A DNA stretch of 64,000 nt from a virus (IMGVR_UViG_2928716645_000002:1-64000); one strand, 5' to 3'. Positions 8,726 to 15,646 are shown, counted from the first letter of the stretch. Program-made: numbers and translations. Notes: generated by a model from the sequence alone, not told the origin.

Positions 8726-8884
8726 GCGCCCCATTGCAGGACCGGGCAAGTATCGAAACCGGACACGGTAAGCGCTCTACCACTGAGCTATCGGGATTTC
8801 TCCCGAGTGGGATTCGAACCCACGACCTCTCGCTCCCAAAGCGAAGTAACCGATTTCTGCAGCGCCGATCCCGCAATGTGGCGC
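8726..8884 (-). ncRNA. YrlA-like Y RNA 3
   Basis: long terminal stem enclosing permuted tRNA domain: T-arm GTGGGTTCGAATCCCAC, hairpin TCGGGAGAAATCCCGA, D-arm GCTCAGTGGTAGAGC. Confidence 0.88.
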
Positions 8885-8951
8885 GGGTAGATTGATGGCA
8901 CACCGAAGATTCGGCATGCCGGTTTCTTCGACAGTTATCCACCGTCGATAT

Positions 8952-9027
8952 TGGTCAAGGCGGTCGGACTCGAACCGACGGCTTCCGGTACCCAAAACCG
9001 GCGGGTTAGCCGCTACCCCACGCCCTG
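8952..9027 (-). tRNA. tRNA-Pro(TGG)
   Basis: CCGGT TT-TGG-GT ACCGG. Confidence 0.85.
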
Positions 9028-9032
9028 ATGAT

Positions 9033-9111
9033 TGGTGCCCACGGCAAGAGTCGAACTTGCATGCTCCAGTTACGGTACTTGTGCTTCGTAGGCACAGCCG
9101 GTTACGTGGGC
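9033..9111 (-). tRNA. atypical tRNA-Arg(ACG) lacking a normal D-arm
   Basis: perfect acceptor, anticodon and T stems; 8 nt between acceptor and anticodon arm; 19-nt variable region. Confidence 0.65.
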
Positions 9112-9115
9112 GAAA

Positions 9116-9190
9116 TGGTACTGCCAGCGGGACTCGAACCCGCGTCAACCGGCTGAGAACCGGTCATCCTAACCGCTAGACGATGGCAGC
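9116..9190 (-). tRNA. tRNA-Glu(CTC)
   Basis: ACCGG TT-CTC-AG CCGGT. Confidence 0.88.
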
Positions 9191-9230
9191 AGATTTGACG
9201 GCCGGACAGATTTGCCCGACAATCGGCGAC

Positions 9231-9662
9231 ATGAAAACCTTCGCCTATGCCGCTGTTTTCGAGCCCGGCGATCGCCGCGGCATCGTGGTGACGTTCCCGG
9301 ATGTCCCGGAGGCAATCACGCAGGGCAAAGACGACGACGATGCGCGGGATCAAGCCGAGGAGGCGTTGGGCCTTGCCCTGCTCTCCTATCTCGAGCGCGG
9401 ATTGGACCTGCCAAAGCCGGCGGCGCGCGGCCGCGAGTTCGTCACTATCCACGTCGCGCCCGACATCGCCATCAAGCTGGCGGTGCTGCGAGCGTTCGCC
9501 GCTGCGGGCATATCGAAATCTGAGCTCGGCCGACGCATTGGCAAGGACGAGAAGGAGGTCCGGCGCATGCTGGATCCGTCCCATCCCACGAAGCTCGCGC
9601 CAATGGCTGAGGCCCTCCGCGCGCTCGGCAAGCGCCTGGTCGTTGGCGTCGACGACGCCTGA
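9231..9662 (+). CDS. hicB: HicB family antitoxin (HicB + HTH), orphan
   Basis: VTFPDVPEAITQG...AEEAL; C-terminal ISKSELGRRIG HTH. Confidence 0.85.
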   Translation: MKTFAYAAVFEPGDRRGIVVTFPDVPEAITQGKDDDDARDQAEEALGLALLSYLERGLDLPKPAARGREFVTIHVAPDIAIKLAVLRAFAAAGISKSELGRRIGKDEKEVRRMLDPSHPTKLAPMAEALRALGKRLVVGVDDA

Positions 9663-9665
9663 AAA

Positions 9666-9739
9666 TGGCTCCCCGACCAGGACTCGAACCTGGATGGACC
9701 GGTTAACAGCCGGGCCGCTTACCATTAGCGGATCGGGAA
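9666..9739 (-). tRNA. tRNA-Asn(GTT)
   Basis: CCCGG CT-GTT-AA CCGGT. Confidence 0.85.
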
Positions 9740-9878
9740 AATGAACCTAGTCGCACTTCCTGGGAGGGCGGCTTGACCAGGTTGTGGAAAGCGGGAATAG
9801 CCACCGCGAGGCCTTTCGGCCGGCGCGGCGGTCGCTAGCTTGCATTGAGCGATTCGTCGCGCACAACCCCGAGCGGCA

Positions 9879-10817
9879 ATGACAGATTTACCTTCACCGC
9901 GGCCGTACCGAGTTTTGAGCCTGGATGGCGGCGGAGCCAAAGGGTTCTACACGCTTGGAGCTCTCAAGGAGATCGAGGCGGTCGCCGGCCGGCCTCTGTG
10001 TGAGACGTTCAATCTCATCTACGGCACGAGCACGGGGGCTATCATCGCGGCTCTTCTAGGTTTGGGGAGCCGGGTCGAGGAGATCGAATCTCTTTATCGG
10101 CTGCGAGTCGTCGAAGTAATGGGTGAGATCCTACCTCGTAGGAAAACGGCCGCATTGGAAGCACTTGCACAAGACGTCTTCGGGGAACGCCGCTTTGACG
10201 CTTTCAAGACCGACATGGGCATTGTCGGCACTCGCTGGGACGACGATCGGCCAATAATCTTCAAGACCAACGCGGGGCAAGCGTTCACTGGCGTCGGTTC
10301 GTTTGAGCCGGGCTTCGGCTGCACTATAGCCGACGCAGTCGTTGGGTCGTGCTCGGCCTATCCGTTCTTTCTTAAGAAAATGGTGACGACTGGTCGTGGC
10401 GATCGGATCGAAGTCAGAGATGGCGGCTTCGTCGCGAACAATCCTACGCTCTATGCCGTCGCCGATGCCGTGGAATCGCTCGGGCATGACCGCGAAAACC
10501 TTCGGGTCGTCAGTCTCGGCGTGGGCGAATATCCCGCGCCGACACTTCCGGCCACCAGCGCACGGAAATGGATCAGCAAATGGCCGACGGTAAAATTCTC
10601 GCAGAAACTGTTGGAGATCAACACGCAGTCGATGGAGCAGCTAAGCCGTGTGTTGTTTGGCGGTGTGCCCCTTATCCGTATCAACGCGAAGTACACACAG
10701 CCCGAGATGGCAACAGACATGCTTGAGGCAAACATGGAAAAACTGGCCAAGCTTTGGAGTCGTGGACGAGACTCAGCGCGAGAGTACGACGGGGAACTTA
10801 AACGCTTTTTGATTTAG
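9879..10817 (+). CDS. patatin-like phospholipase (CBASS effector, CapE/CapV-like)
   Basis: LDGGGAKG, GTSTG and DGG motifs; directly upstream of the CD-NTase. Confidence 0.88.
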   Translation: MTDLPSPRPYRVLSLDGGGAKGFYTLGALKEIEAVAGRPLCETFNLIYGTSTGAIIAALLGLGSRVEEIESLYRLRVVEVMGEILPRRKTAALEALAQDVFGERRFDAFKTDMGIVGTRWDDDRPIIFKTNAGQAFTGVGSFEPGFGCTIADAVVGSCSAYPFFLKKMVTTGRGDRIEVRDGGFVANNPTLYAVADAVESLGHDRENLRVVSLGVGEYPAPTLPATSARKWISKWPTVKFSQKLLEINTQSMEQLSRVLFGGVPLIRINAKYTQPEMATDMLEANMEKLAKLWSRGRDSAREYDGELKRFLI

Positions 10818-10828
10818 GAGAATTGGAC

Positions 10829-11719
10829 GTGGCAATTTCGGAAGCACAACTCGAAACTTGGAACAAGCTAGGCCCTACAGCGCAGTTCACCTCCACCTAC
10901 GAAGCACTGCGAGACGTTCTGAATGATTCCAGCTCACCATACTGGCCAAAGAGCTTCGAGATATTTCTGCAGGGCTCCTACAAGAACTCTACCAACGTTT
11001 ATGGAGACAGTGATGTAGATGTGGTGATCCGCCTGGATTCGATCTTCTACACTGACCTTTATTTCCTCAGCGAGGAAGAGAAACAGCGTTACAATTCTCA
11101 ACGTACGGAGGGGAACTATAGCCTCGAGGAATTTAAAACATCGGTCATTTCTTGGCTCACCAAAAAGTATGGCAACGACGTCCAACCTGGCAACAAAGCA
11201 GTCTTCATCAAAGGCAACGGCACCAGCCGTCGAGACGCCGACGTTCTTATCTGCGCAAAGTTACGTCGCTACTATAGCTTCCCCGAGTTCGGGCAACCAC
11301 ACTACGTCGATGGAATTTGCTTTTTCTTACCCAGCGGCATCCGGATCGAGAACTTCCCCGAGAAGCACGCCGAGAACTGCACGACAAAGCACCAGGACAC
11401 GCGGCAATGGTTCAAGCCAACTGTTCGCATCTTCAAAAATCTTCGCAACACGATGATCAAAAATAAGATCATCGAAGACGGGCTGGCTCCGTCCTATTTT
11501 ATCGAGGGAATGCTGTATAACGTTCCCCCAACCAAGTTCGGTGGCAGCGAACAGATGAACTTCAAGGACGTATTGAATTGGCTGCTATCAGCAGATCGCG
11601 ACAAATTTGTTTGCGCGAACGAACAATTTAAACTTCTTGGCGGCGCGCATGTCACATGGCCTGCAGCAAACTGCACTCAGTTCTTGAATGCTGTGAAGTC
11701 CTATAATGACGCAGCTTAG
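10829..11719 (+). CDS. CD-NTase, CdnE-like cyclic nucleotide synthase
   Basis: LQGSYKNSTNVYGDSDVDV, DADV, IENFP..H, FKPTVRIFKN, PSYFIEGMLYNVP; AGGAG SD before GTG. Confidence 0.85.
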   Translation: MAISEAQLETWNKLGPTAQFTSTYEALRDVLNDSSSPYWPKSFEIFLQGSYKNSTNVYGDSDVDVVIRLDSIFYTDLYFLSEEEKQRYNSQRTEGNYSLEEFKTSVISWLTKKYGNDVQPGNKAVFIKGNGTSRRDADVLICAKLRRYYSFPEFGQPHYVDGICFFLPSGIRIENFPEKHAENCTTKHQDTRQWFKPTVRIFKNLRNTMIKNKIIEDGLAPSYFIEGMLYNVPPTKFGGSEQMNFKDVLNWLLSADRDKFVCANEQFKLLGGAHVTWPAANCTQFLNAVKSYNDAA

Positions 11720-11812
11720 TACCTATCGGCGGGGTGCGGATTAGGCACCTGCCGGCAGGTCGAGCGCAAAAGTGCAGATCAACCGCAAATCGGCAGGTGG
11801 TGCTGGTGATGA

Positions 11813-11887
11813 TGGTGGACCCGGAGGGAATTGAACCCCCTACCCGCCGCGTGCAAAACGGCCGCTCTCCCGGTGAGCTACGGGCCC
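11813..11887 (-). tRNA. tRNA-Ala(TGC)
   Basis: GCCGT TT-TGC-AC GCGGC; G3:U70. Confidence 0.9.
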
Positions 11888-12393
11888 TTGAAGTTTATTC
11901 GAGATTTGTCCTTGCCGGCGGCGCGCCAGTTCGCCATCCACTGTGCGTTGAACGCGCGCTTTGCCGTCACGCACACTTCGCACCGACACCCAAGGCGGTA
12001 CTTTCCAACGCCATGGGGAGCGGATCGACCGGTAGAACCTGCGATCTGATTGCATGACCGATGCGAAAACGAGATGTTGTTCAAATCGAAGAACGTCGCC
12101 TTCGGATCGTTCGATCTCTGCCACGAGCTCTTGTGCTCGATGGACAGTTCTTCGACGCTGTCGATTGGCTTACTGCACCTGAAACAAACGTTCAGGTCGA
12201 GCTTGCACACCAAATCGAACATGATCAGCTTGCGGAGTTGGTGACAAGCTGTCCCGAACTTCATCCCGAGCAGTTCGTCCTTGGTATCGTTTGCTCGACG
12301 CCACGCCCCGCGGCGCCGTGTGCGCAGCTCTTCGGCAGGATCAAGATCAATGGGGACTTCCCCGCCGTCGGCGGGTAAACTGGAATCGGTCAT
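11878..12393 (-). CDS. HNH-like endonuclease
   Basis: CFRC...SIEH...NNISFSHRSCN; start uncertain. Confidence 0.65.
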   Translation of the reverse strand: MTDSSLPADGGEVPIDLDPAEELRTRRRGAWRRANDTKDELLGMKFGTACHQLRKLIMFDLVCKLDLNVCFRCSKPIDSVEELSIEHKSSWQRSNDPKATFFDLNNISFSHRSCNQIAGSTGRSAPHGVGKYRLGCRCEVCVTAKRAFNAQWMANWRAAGKDKSRINFKGP

Positions 12394-12522
12394 TTGAGCC
12401 GCTACCACGGTTCGAGTGATCAGGCTCGGCTCGGTGTTACCAGCACCGGGTCGAGCCGCCACAGAATCTATCTGAACCGATAGAGCTTGCAAAGCATGCC
12501 CGCGGACCCAGCGCGCGTGCCC

Positions 12523-12610
12523 CGATAGGTTTACAGTTTCGGCGATCGCGTTGACACTTTCGCCGATACGCTTGTCAGTTTGGCCGATCTGATTGACAGC
12601 TTCGGCGAAT
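12523..12610. repeat. about four degenerate 21-bp tandem repeats
   Basis: CGAT..TTGACAGTTTCGG-like units at 12523, 12543, 12564, 12585. Confidence 0.55.
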
Positions 12611-12611
12611 T

Positions 12612-12686
12612 TGGTGCCCGGAAATGGAATCGAACCACTGACGCGCACGCCTTCAACGTGCCGCTCTACCGCTGAGCTACCCGGGC
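12612..12686 (-). tRNA. tRNA-Phe(GAA)
   Basis: GCACG TT-GAA-GG CGTGC. Confidence 0.88.
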
Positions 12687-12721
12687 AAATTGCGAGTATG
12701 CGCAATTTCGCAAACTGAAGA

Positions 12722-12795
12722 TGGCGCGGGCACCGGGAGTCGAACCCGGGCTGCGAGAGTGGCACTCTCGCCGACTACCGTAATCTTTTGCCCGC
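12722..12795 (-). tRNA. tRNA-Gly(GCC)
   Basis: CGAGA GT-GCC-AC TCTCG; atypical D-arm. Confidence 0.75.
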
Positions 12796-12802
12796 ATTGA
12801 AT

Positions 12803-12887
12803 TGGTGGGTAACCGCGGAATCGAACCGCGCACGCGCTAAGGCGCAGGTTTTACAGACCCGCTCAGTCACCAGACTTGGCGTTACCC
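12803..12887 (-). tRNA. tRNA-Tyr(GTA)
   Basis: CGGGT CT-GTA-AA ACCTG; V-arm. Confidence 0.8.
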
Positions 12888-12905
12888 GAGATGTCGCCGC
12901 GCTAG

Positions 12906-13163
12906 TTAGGCCGCGGTTTCCTTCGTCTTGGAGGTCTTGCGAAGAATTTCGTGAGCGAAGGAAATGTCAGTTGCTTTGTCGACGATCGGGCGGAAACGGC
13001 GGACGAACCAGCGATGATTTTCGTGGTTCGGATCGGCGCAACAATCGACGCGCATAAACTCAGGCTCGACCGCAAGGCATGTATAGACCTGCTTGCTACG
13101 CAAGCACGTCCCGCCGCCTCGGGCATCGATGCATTCGACAGGCTGCCCGACCCCGAACATCAT
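12906..13163 (-). CDS. hypothetical phage protein
   Basis: MMFGVGQPVECID...RRFRPIV; GAGGG SD. Confidence 0.55.
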   Translation of the reverse strand: MMFGVGQPVECIDARGGGTCLRSKQVYTCLAVEPEFMRVDCCADPNHENHRWFVRRFRPIVDKATDISFAHEILRKTSKTKETAA

Positions 13164-13180
13164 TCCCTCGTCCCCCGAAC

Positions 13181-13258
13181 TGGTTGCGTGGCCCGGGAGT
13201 CGAACCCGGTATTTCCGGCTTATGAGGCCAGCGTGGTGATCCATTCCACTCGCCCGCC
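13181..13258 (-). tRNA. tRNA-Met(CAT), initiator-like
   Basis: CTGGC CT-CAT-AA GCCGG; unpaired 1:72; ...CGCAACCA end. Confidence 0.7.
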
Positions 13259-13261
13259 AAA

Positions 13262-13352
13262 TGGTGCCGAGGCTCTCGCCTCAGCGGCGCCGACGTACGT
13301 CCGGCCTGGCGCTATTCGTTAAGTCCGACGACTAAAGATCGTTCGTGGCCGA
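13262..13352 (-). ncRNA. unknown structured RNA ending in hairpin + ACCA
   Basis: GCTGAGGC-GAGA-GCCTCGGC-ACCA; occupies a slot between tRNAs; 5' end uncertain. Confidence 0.4.
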
Positions 13353-13366
13353 ACTGAGTCTTGAAT

Positions 13367-13452
13367 TGGCGGAGAGCAGAGGAGTCGAACCCCCATCCCG
13401 AAGGAGCAACGGTTTTCAAGACCGCTGGCAGACCATCCCGCCCGTACTCTCC
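13367..13452 (-). tRNA. tRNA-Ser(TGA)
   Basis: GCGGT CT-TGA-AA ACCGT; V-arm. Confidence 0.85.
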
Positions 13453-13455
13453 AAT

Positions 13456-13533
13456 TGGCTTCCCCTGCTGGACTCGAACCAGCGGCCTCGGCCTTCGGAC
13501 GGCCGCGTTCTCACTCCACTGAGCTAAGGGGAA
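13456..13533 (-). tRNA. tRNA-Arg(CCG)
   Basis: CGGCC GT-CCG-AA GGCCG. Confidence 0.8.
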
Positions 13534-13569
13534 AAAAGGACCGGCGGCAGACGAAGCCGCCGCCGGCAA

Positions 13570-14106
13570 TCACTTCTCGAGCTCGACGTCCCAGTACAGA
13601 TAGTCCGCCCAGGACTCGTGCAGGAAGTTCGGCGGGAAGAGCCGCTGGGCCGCCAGCAGGTCAAACTGCGTCGGCTCGAACGGCGCCCGCAACGGCTTCA
13701 CGCGAAAGCGGTCCTTGCGCATGTTGCACGGACTGCACGCCGCGACGATGTTCGTCCAGGACGTCTGGCCGCCGTCGGCACGCGGGATGACGTGGTCGAA
13801 CGTCAACTCCCCCCGGAGGTGCTGCTCGCCGCAATACTGGCAGCGGAAACGATCGCGGAGGAAGACGTTGAACCGCGTGAAGGCGACCCGAGCCGGCGGC
13901 CGCACGTATTCGCGCAACGCGATCACCGACGGCAGCCGCATCTCTGTCGACGGGCTCCTGACGACCTGGTCGTATTCCGCGACAACTGCGTGAGATCCCT
14001 TAACCACCGCCTTGACCGCATCCTCCCAATTAAAGAGCGACAACGGAAAATAGCTGAGCGGTTGGAAGTCCGCGTTGAGCACCAACGCGGGGCAGTTCTG
14101 AAACAT
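13570..14106 (-). CDS. HNH endonuclease (McrA/HNH_5-like)
   Basis: LVLNADFQPL, VFLRDRFRCQYCG, TFDHVIP, NIVAACSPCN; AAGGAGG SD. Confidence 0.92.
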   Translation of the reverse strand: MFQNCPALVLNADFQPLSYFPLSLFNWEDAVKAVVKGSHAVVAEYDQVVRSPSTEMRLPSVIALREYVRPPARVAFTRFNVFLRDRFRCQYCGEQHLRGELTFDHVIPRADGGQTSWTNIVAACSPCNMRKDRFRVKPLRAPFEPTQFDLLAAQRLFPPNFLHESWADYLYWDVELEK

Positions 14107-14125
14107 CGTCGCCTCCTTGCGTTGG

Positions 14126-14201
14126 TGGTGCCCCTGGGGTGGATCGAACACCCTCATCTGACCGTTATGAGCGGCCGGCCTTCCCATCTGGCTCCAAGGG
14201 C
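14126..14201 (-). tRNA. tRNA-Ile2/Met(CAT)
   Basis: GGCCG CT-CAT-AA CGGTC. Confidence 0.75.
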
Positions 14202-14206
14202 GGAAT

Positions 14207-14284
14207 TGGTCGGTGTGGCAGGATTCGAACCTGCGGCCCCTTCCGTCCGAGGGAAGTACGCTGACCTGGCTGCGCTACACACCG
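14207..14284 (-). tRNA. tRNA-Pro(CGG)
   Basis: CTTCC CT-CGG-AC GGAAG; C1:G72, A73. Confidence 0.88.
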
Positions 14285-14285
14285 A

Positions 14286-14359
14286 TGGCGCCCCTGACGA
14301 GGATCGAACTCGCCTTCCCGCATCGACAGTGCGGTCCCTTCCCAGATGGGTACAGGGGC
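14286..14359 (-). tRNA. tRNA-Asp(GTC)
   Basis: CCGCA CT-GTC-GA TGCGG; G73. Confidence 0.82.
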
Positions 14360-14362
14360 AAT

Positions 14363-14446
14363 TGGTGCGCTTGGCCGGGGTCGAACCGGCATGGTTTCCC
14401 GGCGCCCCCTCAAGACGCTGCGTCTACCGAATTCCGCCACAAGCGC
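14363..14446 (-). tRNA. tRNA-Leu(GAG)
   Basis: GCGTC TT-GAG-GG GGCGC. Confidence 0.85.
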
Positions 14447-14460
14447 GTAAAGTTGTCCGC

Positions 14461-14619
14461 ATGCTCGAAAACGTCCCTTGCAACCATTGCGAAGAAGAGT
14501 TCTCTCCGGAAGAACTGGTCGCCCTCCCGCCGCCGGCCGGCGATGGCGAGTTGATCTGCAAGCGTTGTATCGAAATCATCCTGAGACGAGCGATCGCGAA
14601 ACTGCCTCGGGAAAACTGA
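14461..14619 (+). CDS. small zinc-finger protein
   Basis: CNHC...CKRC; fills spacer. Confidence 0.45.
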   Translation: MLENVPCNHCEEEFSPEELVALPPPAGDGELICKRCIEIILRRAIAKLPREN

Positions 14620-14624
14620 TCATT

Positions 14625-14713
14625 TGGTGAACGAGGCAGGATTCGAACCTGCGCGGGGCTCAAGGCCCGTGCGGTTAAGAGCCGCGTGCCGTCGACCGCT
14701 TGGCTACTCGTCC
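14625..14713 (-). tRNA. tRNA-Lys(CTT) with long variable arm
   Basis: CGCGG CT-CTT-AA CCGCA followed by GGGC-CTTGA-GCCC hairpin. Confidence 0.8.
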
Positions 14714-14715
14714 AT

Positions 14716-14806
14716 TGGTGAACCGGGAGGGACTCAAACCCCCGATGTGGCCGTGAGGCCAGCCGGATTAAAAGTCCGGGCCGTTCGTCGTTACGGTAAC
14801 CGGTCC
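14716..14806 (-). tRNA. tRNA-Lys(TTT) with long variable arm
   Basis: CCGGA CT-TTT-AA TCCGG followed by TGGCC-TCAC-GGCCA hairpin. Confidence 0.75.
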
Positions 14807-14949
14807 ATCTTCTCGATGGTTGCGGCGGCCAGCCGCTCCGGTTTCGTGTGGCGCGCCGTGACGGCGTTGCTCTTCGCTTTGGCGCGCGCGAGCGCGGCTT
14901 GGCTCTCGGCCGACAGCACATGCACGCCGGCGGGCAGCTTATCCGTCAT
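14791..14949 (-). CDS. small hypothetical protein
   Basis: GGGAG SD; MTDKLPAG... Confidence 0.45.
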   Translation of the reverse strand: MTDKLPAGVHVLSAESQAALARAKAKSNAVTARHTKPERLAAATIEKMDRLP

Positions 14950-14973
14950 GTCGAGCTCCCTTTGCTTTCGAAT

Positions 14974-15048
14974 TGGTGCACGCTGCTGGTATCGAACCAA
15001 CTGCCACTCGCTTATCAGGCGAGGCCCTCACCGGTCGGACTAACGTGC
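14974..15048 (-). tRNA. tRNA-Ile(GAT)
   Basis: CTCGC CT-GAT-AA GCGAG. Confidence 0.8.
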
Positions 15049-15079
15049 CTGGTTGAACGTGTGCAAAACTTGCACGGGC

Positions 15080-15154
15080 TGGTGCGTCCGGATGGAATTG
15101 AACCACCGGCATCGACCATGTCGGGATCGCGCTCTACCACTGAGCTACGGACGC
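15080..15154 (-). tRNA. tRNA-Val(GAC), C33
   Basis: CGATC CC-GAC-AT GGTCG. Confidence 0.82.
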
Positions 15155-15158
15155 AAAT

Positions 15159-15293
15159 TGGATCGACGCGGACCGGTCTTCACCCGTCGCCGGGCGGCCC
15201 TCTGGGTGGCGCCCAGAAACCGATGTATGGGCCTGCTCTCGCGCACTGAGCCGGCGGCGTCGCGATCGCTGCCGGCGGCACGCGCCGCGTCGA
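15159..15293 (-). ncRNA. unknown 135-nt tRNA-like ncRNA (9-bp terminal stem + TCCA)
   Basis: TCGACGCGG...CCGCGTCGA-T-CCA; 2-4 nt from flanking tRNAs. Confidence 0.65.
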
Positions 15294-15295
15294 AA

Positions 15296-15370
15296 TGGTG
15301 CGCGCCGACGGGATCGAACCGCCGACACCCTGTGTGTAGGACAGGCGCTCTACCGCTGAGCTAGGCGCGC
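15296..15370 (-). tRNA. tRNA-Val(TAC), C33
   Basis: CCTGT CC-TAC-AC ACAGG. Confidence 0.85.
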
Positions 15371-15377
15371 GATATCG

Positions 15378-15457
15378 TGGTGCCCCAGGCCGGACTCGAA
15401 CCGGCAACAGAAACTGCTTTTGAGGCAGCGGCGTCTACCACGTTCCGCCACCGGGGC
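15378..15457 (-). tRNA. tRNA-Leu(CAA), short variable region
   Basis: GCTGC CT-CAA-AA GCAGT. Confidence 0.82.
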
Positions 15458-15481
15458 AATGAAATCACAATGGAAGTGCAA

Positions 15482-15565
15482 TGGTGCGGACGGAGGGGAT
15501 CGAACCCACACTCCGAAGAACCGGTTCCTGAGACCGGCGCGTCTACCAAGTTCCGCCACGTCCGC
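15482..15565 (-). tRNA. tRNA-Leu(CAG)
   Basis: CCGGT CT-CAG-GA ACCGG. Confidence 0.88.
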
Positions 15566-15570
15566 GTTGA

Positions 15571-15646
15571 TGGTGCTGTCACCAGGGCTCGAACCTGGCG
15601 CCTCGACCCTACCAAGATCGCGCTCTACCCGATGAGCTATGACAGC
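15571..15646 (-). tRNA. tRNA-Thr(GGT)
   Basis: CGATC TT-GGT-AG GGTCG. Confidence 0.85.

Noticed and set aside
8726-8884. tRNA-Pro or pseudo-tRNA
   Set aside because: Arms are permuted, the acceptor is closed by a loop and there is no CCA; this fits YrlA better.
8885-8950. Fourth Y RNA
   Set aside because: Only two short hairpins; no long terminal stem or shared GCTG/CTTGC motif.
12394-12765. N-terminal extension of the 11878-12765 ORF
   Set aside because: It runs through tRNA-Gly and tRNA-Phe; the real start is probably at or after 12393.
13262-13366. HDV-like (theta) ribozyme
   Set aside because: I could not identify the nested pseudoknot by eye; it needs a covariance-model search.
15159-15293. 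tmRNA acceptor piece
   Set aside because: No G3:U70 pair, no TTCGA T-loop and no tag reading frame.
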